From positions 1 through 57,760 of the IMG/VR virus record IMGVR_UViG_3300048858_000021: 57,760 nucleotides of DNA; one strand, 5' to 3'. The notes under the pieces were generated by a model. The model was not told the DNA's origin. It was given only the letters and a program-made list of their open reading frames with translations, and searched no databases. Numbering within the stretch: position 1 is the stretch's first letter; the number at the start of each line of letters is the position of its first letter. Shown here piece after piece: positions 45,957 through 55,807 of the stretch. A program made the position numbers and the translations under genes. The stretch comes from a virus (Duplodnaviria > Caudoviricetes).

Positions 45957-46526
45957 ATGGCATCCACCGACAGCAAGAAGAAGAAGTCCGGCAAGAACCC
46001 GACGGACCGGCTCAGGCCGACCAGCGTCAAGGCGTGGAACCGCACGGGCAAGGTCGAGGAGGACGTTCTCCTCCCGAGTGGCAACGTTGCACGACTGCGA
46101 CGTGTCGGCCCCGCCGCGATCCTCCGCAGCGGCATCATGCCCGACTCCCTCATGCCGATCATCAACAAGGCGATCAAGGAGGGGAAGGGCGAGAAGATCG
46201 AGGAGTCGCTCGACATCGAGGACCCCGAGACGCTCACCAAGATCACGGAGGGTATGGACAAGGCCCTCCTCGAAATCGTCGCCGAGCCTGCGGTCGCGTA
46301 CCACCTGCGACCGGTGAACGGGTCGGACGTCTGGGAGGTCATTCCGGACAGCGACCGTGACATCGAGTCCTTCATCTACACCGACGAGGTGGACATGCAG
46401 GACAAGATGTTCATCTTCAACTACGCGGTCGGAGGCACCCGCGACCTCGAGTCGTTTCGTGAGCAGCACGCAGAGCGTGTGGGAAGTCTGGCTCACGACG
46501 CAGGCGATGGGGATCCGGCCGAGTGA
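45957..46526 (+). CDS. Tail assembly chaperone (G)
   Basis: Between MTP and TMP; LPSG motif. Confidence 0.75.
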   Translation: MASTDSKKKKSGKNPTDRLRPTSVKAWNRTGKVEEDVLLPSGNVARLRRVGPAAILRSGIMPDSLMPIINKAIKEGKGEKIEESLDIEDPETLTKITEGMDKALLEIVAEPAVAYHLRPVNGSDVWEVIPDSDRDIESFIYTDEVDMQDKMFIFNYAVGGTRDLESFREQHAERVGSLAHDAGDGDPAE

Positions 46527-46743
46527 GTACCTGGGTATTCACGACGAGTGGGCGGCCTACTGCCTGGACCGTTCGGTCTACGCGTTCGGCAGCAGCCTCC
46601 AACATGAACTCGAATCCGTCCGTGTAAAGGACGACAAGGACGGGAGGAAGGCTCAGCGAAAGCGAGAGCAAATCCTTCACAAGTGGATCCCGGAGTTGAA
46701 GAAGGCGAGCAAACCTAAGTACGCAGACCCCGGGAAGAGGTAA
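46456..46743 (+). CDS. Tail assembly chaperone extension (T), +1 frame
   Basis: RPSEYLGI..AAYCLD; +1 frame relative to G; TCG TTT CGT at 46452-46460. Confidence 0.6.
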   Translation, partial: FVSSTQSVWEVWLTTQAMGIRPSEYLGIHDEWAAYCLDRSVYAFGSSLQHELESVRVKDDKDGRKAQRKREQILHKWIPELKKASKPKYADPGKR

Positions 46744-46747
46744 GAGA

Positions 46748-49570
46748 ATGGCGGATTACAACCTCGGTACGGCCCGGGGCCGTATCGAGATTGACGCCTC
46801 TGGTGCTGAGAAGGGCGCTCAGCAGGCAGAGAAGGCGACAGAGTCCGCCGGGAAGGGCATCAAGAACGTCACCGATGGTCTCGGCACCGCTGGTGCCGGG
46901 ATCGCCACCGCTGGTGCTGCCATCGTTGGAGCCCTCGGTCTTGCCGTCGCATCCGCTGTCGGCTTCGAGAAGCGCATGTCCGCCATCGGAGCCGTCAGCG
47001 GTGCGACGGCTGACGAGATGGACTCCCTCCGAGAGAAGGCCCTCCAACTCGGAGCGGACACCGTCTTCTCGGCCGACGAGGCCGCCAGTGCGATTGAGGA
47101 ACTCGTCAAGGCTGGCGTGCCCGTAGCGGACGTCCTGAACGGTGCCGCAGACGCCGCCGTAAACCTGGCAGCAGCCGGTGAGATCGACCTCCCTCGCGCT
47201 GCCGCGATCGCCAGTGCGGCGATGAACAACTTCAACCTCGCTGGCGAGGACATGCCGCGCATCGCGGACCTCATCGCTGGCGCCGCGAACGCCTCGGCCA
47301 TCAGCGTCGAGGACTTCGGGATGAGCCTGTCCCAGTCTGGCGCCGTCGCCAGCCTGGCGGGTCTGTCGTTCGACGACCTGTCGGTCGCGATCGCTGCGAT
47401 GGGTAACGCGGGCATCAAGGGGTCGGACGCGGGTACGTCGCTGAAGACGATGCTTTCCAACCTCCAGCCCACGACCGAGGCCCAGTCCGGGGCGATGCGT
47501 GAACTCGGCCTTATCTCTGAGGACGGTGCGAACGCATTCTACGACGCCGAGGGTAACCTGAAGTCTCTCCGAGACATCATGACGATCCTTCAGGGCGCAA
47601 CCAGCGGCCTCACCGCTCAGCAGAAGCAGATGGCTCTCGAGACCATCTTCGGCTCCGACGCAATCCGAGCCGCTGCGGTTCTGAGTTCGGGTGGCGCGGC
47701 AGCGTACGACGAACTCTCCACTGCGATGAACAGCGTCACCGCCGAGGCTGTCGCGCAGGAGCGGATGAACAACCTCGCGGGCATGTGGGAGCAGTTGAAG
47801 GGCTCCATCGAGACGCTTGCGATTCAGATCGGTAACGCTCTCCTCCCCGCCCTCAAGTCCATCGTGAGTGCGATCCAGCCCGTGGTGGATTGGTTCTCGA
47901 ACCTCTCCGAGAGCACCCGTTCCACCATCGTGATCATCACCGCCATCATCGGCGTGATTCTCCTGGTGGTCGGCGGGATCCTCACGCTTGTCGCTGCCGT
48001 CGGTGCCTTCATGGCGGCCATCGCCCCGGTAGCGGCCGCGATCGGCATCGGCGTGGGTGCGCTGATGGGGTGGGTGGCGGTGATCGCAATCGTGGTCGCC
48101 GCAGTGGTGGCCCTGGTAGTCATCATCGTCAAGAACTGGGACACGATCAAGGAGTGGACGGTCAACGTCTGGAACTCCATCGTGGACTTCTTCAAGAACG
48201 TGTGGAACGGAGTCGCCAGTTGGTTCTCGGGTGTCATGGATGACATCCGATCCGTCTGGGAGAATGTCTGGAACGCCGTCTCGGACTTCTTCGGTACCAT
48301 CTGGGACGTCATCGTTGGTATCGCCCAGACTTACGTGAACATGCTGGTGACGTTCTGGACCACCGTCTGGACCGTTATCTCGACGGTCGTCATGACCGTG
48401 TGGAACGCCATCACCTCCTTCCTGACCGGTGTGTGGAGCGGCATCGTCGCTGTCTTCACCACCATCTGGAACGGCATCATGGCGTTCTGGCAGGGCTTCT
48501 GGAACATCTTCGGTGGCGTGATCACCGCTGCGTGGGAAGTCATCGTGGCGGCGGTGCGGCTGTACCTCGCCGTCATGGAGTTCGTCATCATGACGGTCTT
48601 CAACGCTGTCTGGGGATTCATCCAGATGGTGTGGAATGGCATCGTCGAGTTCTTCACTACCGTGTGGAACGCCATCGTCTCTGCCGTCACGACGTACATC
48701 AACTTCGTCCTGAACATTGTCACGACGGTGTTCAACGCAGTCCGCAACTTCGTCGAGTCGGTGTGGAACGCCATCGCGTCGTTCTTCTCCACCGTCTGGA
48801 ACACGATCTACAACTACGTGTCCCAGAGGGTCCAGGCTGTCTGGTCCGTCATTCAGTCGGTGTTCAACACCGTCTCTTCGTTCATCTCCAGCATCTGGAA
48901 CAGCATCGCCTCGTTCATCTCCGGGATCTGGAACCGCATCTACGGCAGCGTGTCATCTGCGGTCCAGAGCGTGTGGGGGTCGATCACCGGTACGTGGGGC
49001 CAGATCGCGGGCTGGGTGTCGAGCGTGTTCCAGGGTGCGTACAACGGCGCCGTCGACTGGATCAACAACCTCGTCAACAAGGTGATGGGGATCAAGGACA
49101 CGATCGTAGGCTTCTTCTCTGGCGCCGGTCAGTGGCTCTGGAACGCTGGCAAGAACATCATCCAGGGCCTCATCGACGGCGTGACGAACATGCTCGGTAG
49201 CATCCGAGACACGTTCAACAACATCACGAACATGATCCCAGACCTGAAGGGTCCGGAGCGGGTGGACAAGAAGTTGCTGACGCCGAACGGTCAGTGGCTG
49301 ATCCAGTCTCTCATCAAGGGCGTTCAGAACGAACTGCCGGGTCTCTGGAACATGATGAGCGGCATCACGACTCAGATGCCCACGACCGTTGTCGGGGTCG
49401 GCTCCGGAAACACCCTCCCGCCTGCATCCCGTGCAGTCCCGACGAACCCTGGCACCACCATCAATGTAGACTGGCACGCGGCGGACAATGACACCGTCGA
49501 GACCAGGAAGCAGGCGATGGACCTTCTCACGCGGGCAGCCCGCCTCGGCGGAATCGGAGACGAGGACTGA
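46748..49570 (+). CDS. Tape measure protein
   Basis: 940 aa; TP901-type core (GIKGSDAGTSLK, FGSDA); W/F-periodic repeats. Confidence 0.95.
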   Translation: MADYNLGTARGRIEIDASGAEKGAQQAEKATESAGKGIKNVTDGLGTAGAGIATAGAAIVGALGLAVASAVGFEKRMSAIGAVSGATADEMDSLREKALQLGADTVFSADEAASAIEELVKAGVPVADVLNGAADAAVNLAAAGEIDLPRAAAIASAAMNNFNLAGEDMPRIADLIAGAANASAISVEDFGMSLSQSGAVASLAGLSFDDLSVAIAAMGNAGIKGSDAGTSLKTMLSNLQPTTEAQSGAMRELGLISEDGANAFYDAEGNLKSLRDIMTILQGATSGLTAQQKQMALETIFGSDAIRAAAVLSSGGAAAYDELSTAMNSVTAEAVAQERMNNLAGMWEQLKGSIETLAIQIGNALLPALKSIVSAIQPVVDWFSNLSESTRSTIVIITAIIGVILLVVGGILTLVAAVGAFMAAIAPVAAAIGIGVGALMGWVAVIAIVVAAVVALVVIIVKNWDTIKEWTVNVWNSIVDFFKNVWNGVASWFSGVMDDIRSVWENVWNAVSDFFGTIWDVIVGIAQTYVNMLVTFWTTVWTVISTVVMTVWNAITSFLTGVWSGIVAVFTTIWNGIMAFWQGFWNIFGGVITAAWEVIVAAVRLYLAVMEFVIMTVFNAVWGFIQMVWNGIVEFFTTVWNAIVSAVTTYINFVLNIVTTVFNAVRNFVESVWNAIASFFSTVWNTIYNYVSQRVQAVWSVIQSVFNTVSSFISSIWNSIASFISGIWNRIYGSVSSAVQSVWGSITGTWGQIAGWVSSVFQGAYNGAVDWINNLVNKVMGIKDTIVGFFSGAGQWLWNAGKNIIQGLIDGVTNMLGSIRDTFNNITNMIPDLKGPERVDKKLLTPNGQWLIQSLIKGVQNELPGLWNMMSGITTQMPTTVVGVGSGNTLPPASRAVPTNPGTTINVDWHAADNDTVETRKQAMDLLTRAARLGGIGDED

Positions 49571-50466
49571 TGGCTGGTCAGCATCAACTCACGCTGTCTA
49601 AGGGCGGCATCTCGATCGACCTCTACTCGTGGCTCAACACGAAGAGGCTCGGGAAGAAGGGCACGCAGGCGCTCTCGGGAATCGTGGGCTTCGGCTTCCC
49701 GGACCAGTCGAACCGGTGGTTCGAAGGTGCCGGGGACGGTGCGTCGTGGCGCGGTGCGCGGCAGGGTCGTCGCTCCATTGACCTGCCCATCATGGTAGAG
49801 GGCGATAACCGCAACGAGGTCATGCAGGGGCTCAGCGACCTGGCGCGCGTGCTGGACCCGAAGACCGGACCGGCCCGCCTGCACTTCGCGCTGCCGGACG
49901 GCGAACTGTGGTTCGTGGACGTCGTGCGGGACGGCGGAGGCGATTGGTCTCGCAACACGAAGGACAGCGACAACAGGACGTTCGTCAAGTTCATCCTCAC
50001 ACTCGTCGCTGGCGACCCGTACTGGACCCGGGAGCGTGCGGAGAACTTCTTCGTGCGCCAGGACGATAGCGGTCGCGGCCTCATGCCTCGCCCGGCTCGC
50101 CTGGAACTGAGCGATGCCGGTGCGTTCGGTATCAACGAGGTCACGAACATCGGAGACGCCGAAGCGTTCCCGCTCATCTACGCCAATGGTGCATTCACTC
50201 GAATCGTGATGACCGGTCCGAACGGAGAGGTTCTGGACTGGTCGGGTAACGTCAACGCTCAGGAGCGCCTCACGTTCGACGCTAAGACCGGGACGGTGAA
50301 GGACCAGGACGGAGACAATCGCTACGACGGCTTCTCCAGCGACCCCCCTCCCCTCTTCTGGTCGATTGCTCCCGGCACGAGCGAGGTCACGATCCAGGCG
50401 TTCGACACGGACAACAGCACGGAGATCGTCGCGACGTGGCAGCCTCGCCGCTGGATGGTGATGTGA
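49570..50466 (+). CDS. Distal tail (Dit-like) minor tail protein
   Basis: Follows TMP; AGDPYW, NIGDAEAFP, PGTS. Confidence 0.8.
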   Translation: MAGQHQLTLSKGGISIDLYSWLNTKRLGKKGTQALSGIVGFGFPDQSNRWFEGAGDGASWRGARQGRRSIDLPIMVEGDNRNEVMQGLSDLARVLDPKTGPARLHFALPDGELWFVDVVRDGGGDWSRNTKDSDNRTFVKFILTLVAGDPYWTRERAENFFVRQDDSGRGLMPRPARLELSDAGAFGINEVTNIGDAEAFPLIYANGAFTRIVMTGPNGEVLDWSGNVNAQERLTFDAKTGTVKDQDGDNRYDGFSSDPPPLFWSIAPGTSEVTIQAFDTDNSTEIVATWQPRRWMVM

Positions 50467-53160
50467 GTGCTCCCGAGCGACATCCTTGTCGAGGTTCGTG
50501 ACAAGAACCTCAAGCGCTGGGGGCAGATCCGACCCCAAGACCTCGATCTCAAGGCGATCAAGATCGACCTTGGCGTAGGGGAATGGACTCTCCGCCTGCC
50601 CACGGAGCACCCGATGGTTCCGTACCTTCGCACGCCCGGATCTGGCATCATCATCTACATTCGCCAGAAGCGGTTCATGAGCGGGTCGTGCATCTCGCCG
50701 ACGGAGACTGCGAGCCCGGAGGATCCGGGTGGCGTCGTTACTTTCAACGGCGTTGACGACAATGACATCATCTCCGGCGCCGTGTCTCTGCCCGACCCCA
50801 CTCGGACGTACGAGCAGCAGGCGACGGAATCGCACGACATCGTGCAGGGCAAGGCCGAGACGGTCATGAAGTCGTTCGTCCGCCGGAACATCGGTCAGGA
50901 CGCCATCTCCTCTCGGAGAACGGGGCTCCGTCAGTACCTCCGCACCGCCACCGACCTCGCTCGTGGTCCGGTGGTGACTAGAGAAGAGCGATTCACCAAC
51001 CTGGGAGTGATCGAGGGAGAGGTCGCAACCTACGCCGGTCTTGGATTCGATACGGGGCAGGTCGGTAACGAGATCGTCTTCGACGTGTTCGAGCGCAGGG
51101 ATCGCACGAAGTTCGTGCGCTTCGACGTGCGTAACGGCACGCTGTCGGAGGAGACCGTCGCCATCAGCGCACCGAACGTAACGCGTCCGATTGTGCTGGG
51201 GCAGGGCCAGGGCACAGACAGGCAGGTCGTGGCGCGTACGACGCCGGTGAGCGTGGCAGCCGAGGCGGCGTGGGCCAGGCCGCGCGAGGTTGTGTACGAC
51301 CAGCGCCAGACCAGCGACGTGACGGTGTTGGAACAGAAGGCGTACGAGGCTCTCGAGACCGACGGATTCACTGCCACGAACGTCAAGGCAGTGCCCGCCG
51401 ACGAGAACACGATGCGTTATCTAGAGGACTGGCGCGAAGGTGACAAGATCACCATCGTCGTCCAGGGCAAGGAGACCGTTGCTACCGTCACGAAGGTATC
51501 TCTCGTAGCCAACTCGTCCGGTGTCGCCATCGGCTCTGCTATCGGCGACGTGTCCGGCTTCGATGCGGCGGCTGCGCTCAACAAGAGGGTCGAGGACACC
51601 GAGAAGCGCATCTCTTCTCTCGAGCGAAACACCGAAGCGGCTGCGGGAGGAACCCTGGCGGGTGGGACCGACCTCAACAACCTCCTGACTCTTGGTAAGT
51701 TCTTCATTCCCGACGCTGCACTCTCGAACACCCTCAAGCATCTTCCGGTCCCTCCCGCCGGTGCATTCCGCAGCGGGTCGACGGGGATTCTCTATGTGGA
51801 GAGCGCCGGTAACAATCGAGTCATTCAGCGATTCGATGTGATGGGGCGACCTGGCGTCCCTCAGATGTTTCCGCACGTTCGTGTTCGCGGTAGCGATGGC
51901 GTCTGGGGTCCGTGGCTCCTGGAGCGGCACTCCCTCGGGGTGGCAAACGACCAGGAGAGGTTCCTGATTGCAACGCAGTGCTCGGCCCCGAGCATGCATT
52001 CTCCGCTCGAGTTCGTTCAGACGGACTGGGTCCCCAACACCACTACCACCGTCGGAGCCAACCGAGCGCTCGCTCGGCACGTGACGGTGGACGGCGTACA
52101 GTGGCACGACGGCAGCGGCAACCGCGAGTACAGCCCCTCTTGGGTCGCGCTCGCGTACGCGCCGAACTGGTCGGACTACTCCACCGGCACCTCGTGGGGT
52201 ACCGGACCGCAGGTAATCCGAACGAGCGCTGGCATCATCATCATGCGCAATCTCGTGAAGCCTGCGAGCACGGCCCAGATCGGCAGCGTCATCACCACGC
52301 TCCCGGACGGTTACCGCCCTGCCCGCCTGGTCCGCATCGTCACTGTCAACGGCGCGAACAACGGTGGGTCCATCGTCTACGTGTGGCCGGATGGTCGCGT
52401 CACCTGGGAGGGTGCTTTCCAGAACAACATCGGGTTCGTCTCTCTCTACCAGGTCATGTTCCCGGCTGCTGACGTGGCTCCGGTCTCCGCCTGGACTCCG
52501 GCCACGGTTCTCCCGGGCTGGACGGCTGTCCCTGGAGACGGTCCGGCGTACTGGCAGGACCAGTTCGGTCGAGTCTGGAACACGGGTGGCGTCACCTGGG
52601 GTGGCGGTAACACGAGCCCGACCTCTGACACCCCTATGATCCAGTACCCGGCAGAGTTCGCTGCTTCCGGTCAGGAGCACATGCCTGCGCTCGGGCTCGG
52701 GGCTTCGCTCTACTACGCTCCTCTCGATTACACGGCTGCCGCCCAACTTCGATTCAAGGCGGGAGCCGTGGCGGGCGCTGCGGCGGCTGTCTACATATCG
52801 AACGTCGTTCTGTTCCCGGCAGCGAAGATCCCTGACAATCTCTGGAGGGTTCCTGGGTACGTCAGTTCGTGGAAGGCTTACAATGCAGCAACGCATCCGA
52901 GCCCTTCCTTCTGGTCGTCTCCCGACGGCATTCAGCACTGGAGGGGTCTGGCAGGAGCGGGGACGGCCCCTCCTTCTACAATGACGACCCCGAGAGGCGT
53001 TAACGACCGGCAGTTGGCAGGGATGAGTCTTCTCCATCTCGTGTCGTCTGTCAATTCCCCTGCTCGAATCACTGTTCAGCCGGACTATGCCCTCGCAGCA
53101 CAGTCCGGAAGTTCTCAATGGATGTCTCTTTACGGCGTTTTCTGGTTCCTGGAAGGATGA
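50467..53160 (+). CDS. Tail hub/Tal-like protein with C-terminal receptor-binding domains
   Basis: N-terminal siphovirus hub-like region (GQGQGTDR, DWREGDKITI), coiled coil, then repeated beta domains. Confidence 0.8.
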   Translation: MLPSDILVEVRDKNLKRWGQIRPQDLDLKAIKIDLGVGEWTLRLPTEHPMVPYLRTPGSGIIIYIRQKRFMSGSCISPTETASPEDPGGVVTFNGVDDNDIISGAVSLPDPTRTYEQQATESHDIVQGKAETVMKSFVRRNIGQDAISSRRTGLRQYLRTATDLARGPVVTREERFTNLGVIEGEVATYAGLGFDTGQVGNEIVFDVFERRDRTKFVRFDVRNGTLSEETVAISAPNVTRPIVLGQGQGTDRQVVARTTPVSVAAEAAWARPREVVYDQRQTSDVTVLEQKAYEALETDGFTATNVKAVPADENTMRYLEDWREGDKITIVVQGKETVATVTKVSLVANSSGVAIGSAIGDVSGFDAAAALNKRVEDTEKRISSLERNTEAAAGGTLAGGTDLNNLLTLGKFFIPDAALSNTLKHLPVPPAGAFRSGSTGILYVESAGNNRVIQRFDVMGRPGVPQMFPHVRVRGSDGVWGPWLLERHSLGVANDQERFLIATQCSAPSMHSPLEFVQTDWVPNTTTTVGANRALARHVTVDGVQWHDGSGNREYSPSWVALAYAPNWSDYSTGTSWGTGPQVIRTSAGIIIMRNLVKPASTAQIGSVITTLPDGYRPARLVRIVTVNGANNGGSIVYVWPDGRVTWEGAFQNNIGFVSLYQVMFPAADVAPVSAWTPATVLPGWTAVPGDGPAYWQDQFGRVWNTGGVTWGGGNTSPTSDTPMIQYPAEFAASGQEHMPALGLGASLYYAPLDYTAAAQLRFKAGAVAGAAAAVYISNVVLFPAAKIPDNLWRVPGYVSSWKAYNAATHPSPSFWSSPDGIQHWRGLAGAGTAPPSTMTTPRGVNDRQLAGMSLLHLVSSVNSPARITVQPDYALAAQSGSSQWMSLYGVFWFLEG

Positions 53161-53165
53161 TCTGA

Positions 53166-53465
53166 ATGACGAACTACCCGCTGTTCCCCTACCCGCAGTT
53201 CATGAGCGTGGACCCCGAGGCTGGAACCCTCACGATCGAGTCCTACGAGCAGCCCGAGGACCCGATGGCGATGCCGGAGTACCGGGCGTCCGTCGTCATC
53301 CCGCTCTCGGCCCTCACGATGTGGCCGCACGGCACCGAGAAGCCCGCAGAGCCCACGCACGTCTACGGCGACGCCGAGGAAGAGGCACCCACGGAGCCTC
53401 CGACCGAGGACCCGGAGCCGACCGACCCGCCCACGGAGGAGCCCTCGCCGGAGCCCGAGGCCTAG
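53166..53465 (+). CDS. Acidic Pro-rich hypothetical protein
   Basis: PTEPPTEDPEPTDPPTEEP tail. Confidence 0.65.
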   Translation: MTNYPLFPYPQFMSVDPEAGTLTIESYEQPEDPMAMPEYRASVVIPLSALTMWPHGTEKPAEPTHVYGDAEEEAPTEPPTEDPEPTDPPTEEPSPEPEA

Positions 53466-53510
53466 GCCTCTTCCGGTAGGATGGCGCGGTAACCGAAGGA
53501 GAATGCAGAG

Positions 53511-54239
53511 ATGGCCTACACCTCTTACCCGTACGTCGACCAGGCGACGACTGACGTCGAGTACTCGCGTCTGTTCCGGCATTTCTCGCGGAGCGGTGTG
53601 GTCGGCTCGTTCGCGTCTTCTGCCGGTGCCGACGGAACAGAACTCTCCGGGACCGTCGGTACCGGACTGCGAACCATCCTCCAGCCGGGCAGCGCCATTC
53701 TCCGTGGCTACTTCTTCCGGATGCCGGACCCGCAGGAGATGGTGCACGACGCTGGGGACTCTCAGCCTCGCTACGACAGGGTCATTCTTCGGCTCGATCT
53801 CAATCAGCCAATCGGCGACCGCATCAAGCCTGCCGTCGTGAAGGGCGACCCCGCCGCCTCTCCCGCAGTCCCGGCGCTCGTCCAGACCGACACGGGCATC
53901 TTCGAGATCCCGTGCTACTACGTTCTCGTTCCGGCGAATGCCACCGGATTCTCGACCGGCAACATCACGCCCGAGAAGCGATACATCTACAACACCTGGA
54001 CCACCGGTCGTCGTCCGGAGATCCCCGTCATCGGACGTGACTTCGGTTACAACATCACGACGAAGTCATGGGAGTTCTACGACGGCGACGGCTGGAAGCA
54101 CATCGCTCAGGGGCTCTCTTACAACGACCTCTCCAACAAGCCGTCTGCGACGTGGCTGGACGGGACGACGGTGTTCAAGCAGGACGCCGCCCCGACCGCC
54201 GCGCAGGGTGCCAACGGCGACGTCGTTCTGGAGTACTGA
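53511..54239 (+). CDS. Minor tail protein
   Basis: PRYDRVILRLD, KGDPA..P.P.L.Q.DTG..EIP. Confidence 0.75.
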   Translation: MAYTSYPYVDQATTDVEYSRLFRHFSRSGVVGSFASSAGADGTELSGTVGTGLRTILQPGSAILRGYFFRMPDPQEMVHDAGDSQPRYDRVILRLDLNQPIGDRIKPAVVKGDPAASPAVPALVQTDTGIFEIPCYYVLVPANATGFSTGNITPEKRYIYNTWTTGRRPEIPVIGRDFGYNITTKSWEFYDGDGWKHIAQGLSYNDLSNKPSATWLDGTTVFKQDAAPTAAQGANGDVVLEY

Positions 54240-55297
54240 TGCCTACTTCTTACTCCGGAGGCGGACAGCAGGGCTCCAATCTGGAGCAGGTGATCATTGA
54301 GGTCATCTGGGAGGAGCCCGCGGGCCGCACCTCCATCGCAGTCGCCGTCGTCTTCTACGTTCAGTGCGCCTACTCCACGAGCGACGACCAGGTCCTCACG
54401 ATCTCTGGCTCCGGGATCGGGGCAGGATCGCCCATCGGCTTCCGTGCCGTGCAGGGGCGAGTCCAGGTGGCCCGCATCGAACTCGGTCAGCAGGGCATGT
54501 CGTACGGCGGTGGCCCTGCGTACGCCTGGCGCGGTTCGGTCTCTGGTCACTATGGCGGGGCGACTCCGTGGCACGAGGTGGGGTGGACGCTTCCGGCTCG
54601 CCCAGCCTCCGTTCCGAACGCACCGGGTGTCGGTGTCGACTCCATCACTGCTAGTAGCGCTCGATGCGTCGTCATGGCACCGGCGAACAACGGAGCGACG
54701 ATCGATGCGTATGAAGCGTTTGTTCAGCGAGCCCGAGACGCTGTCAAGATCAAGGCGTGGAACGGTGGTACCGGTTCTGTCTCGGGTCTGGAGAGGGCTA
54801 CGGGGTATCAGTTCTTCGCAAGGGCTCACAATGCTGTCGGGTGGAGCGCGTACCAGGGAATCGGCTTCAACACTCTCGCTACCGTCCCCGGAGCGCCCAC
54901 CGGAGTGTCCGTCAGCGATGTGACGACCACGACCGCGAAGGTGTCGTGGGTGGCGCCTGCGGATAACGGTGGGTCGGCGATCACTTCGTACGGGGTCCAG
55001 GTCGCGGAAAACGCTGCATTCACAGAAGGCGTGAGACCACTGGTCGGCGGCAACGGAGCCGCCCCTCCAGCCACCCTCACCGACCTCGTACCCGGCAGAA
55101 CGTACTACGCGCGCGTGAGAGCCGGGAACGCAATGGGCGCCGGTGGGTGGAGTAGCACCGTAGTGTTCACGGCGCTGAGCGGCGCTAAGATGAAGGTGGG
55201 GGACGCATGGGTCCCCATTCGAGTTTGGCTCAAGGTCGCAGGGACGTGGCGAGCAGTCACCGTCCATCAAAAGGTCGATGGCGTTTGGCGTCGTTGA
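54239..55297 (+). CDS. Fibronectin type III minor tail protein
   Basis: Two FN3-like repeats (PANNGATIDAY; WVAPADNGGSAITSY; YYARVRAGN..G). Confidence 0.85.
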   Translation: MPTSYSGGGQQGSNLEQVIIEVIWEEPAGRTSIAVAVVFYVQCAYSTSDDQVLTISGSGIGAGSPIGFRAVQGRVQVARIELGQQGMSYGGGPAYAWRGSVSGHYGGATPWHEVGWTLPARPASVPNAPGVGVDSITASSARCVVMAPANNGATIDAYEAFVQRARDAVKIKAWNGGTGSVSGLERATGYQFFARAHNAVGWSAYQGIGFNTLATVPGAPTGVSVSDVTTTTAKVSWVAPADNGGSAITSYGVQVAENAAFTEGVRPLVGGNGAAPPATLTDLVPGRTYYARVRAGNAMGAGGWSSTVVFTALSGAKMKVGDAWVPIRVWLKVAGTWRAVTVHQKVDGVWRR

Positions 55298-55313
55298 TCA
55301 ACGAGGGGGAGCA

Positions 55314-55613
55314 GTGTTGCCAGAGACCATTCCGGCATGGGTGGGCGACATCGCTCTCATCCCAATTCTCGCCGGGATGCTCTACGGCCTGTTCCGCATC
55401 ATCTCCTCGGGCCTCCTTGTCCCCCGGAGCACGGTCGAACTTCTGATCGCGGCGAACGACAAGGTCGTTGCCGCAAAGGACAAGACCATCGAGAGCCAAG
55501 AACGCCAGATCGCCGCAATGCTGGACGTCAACGAGACCACGAAACACGCACTTGAGAGTCTCAAGGAGGCCGGGGAGCGGCAGTCCCAAGGCAGTGTCGG
55601 AGGCACCGCATGA
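55314..55613 (+). CDS. Membrane protein of lysis cassette
   Basis: One TM, GLLVPR, coiled coil. Confidence 0.7.
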   Translation: MLPETIPAWVGDIALIPILAGMLYGLFRIISSGLLVPRSTVELLIAANDKVVAAKDKTIESQERQIAAMLDVNETTKHALESLKEAGERQSQGSVGGTA

Positions 55614-55807
55614 GGAAGCCGAAGCGAGACCTGAACGACCACCTTCGCCACCTCCAGGAGGAGGCGAGGGAGGCAGAGATCGTGCAGCGACGTGTAGAAT
55701 CCCGAGAGCCTGCTATTGATAGACTGGCGTCGGAGATGCGCGGTATCCGGGCGCAGAACCACTTCACCGAACTGTTCATCAGCACTGTGGGAGGTCTACG
55801 GAGATGA
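55610..55807 (+). CDS. Small lysis-region protein (65 aa)
   Basis: RAQNHF motif; coupled on both sides. Confidence 0.65.
   Translation: MRKPKRDLNDHLRHLQEEAREAEIVQRRVESREPAIDRLASEMRGIRAQNHFTELFISTVGGLRR

Noticed and set aside
46478-46487. GGGAAGT as a -1 slippery site for the tail chaperone
   Set aside because: Not an XXXYYYZ heptamer, and the downstream ORF is in the +1 frame
48130-49150. Repeated gtctggaac/gtgtggaac motifs
   Set aside because: Explained by the Trp-periodic repeats of the tape measure protein
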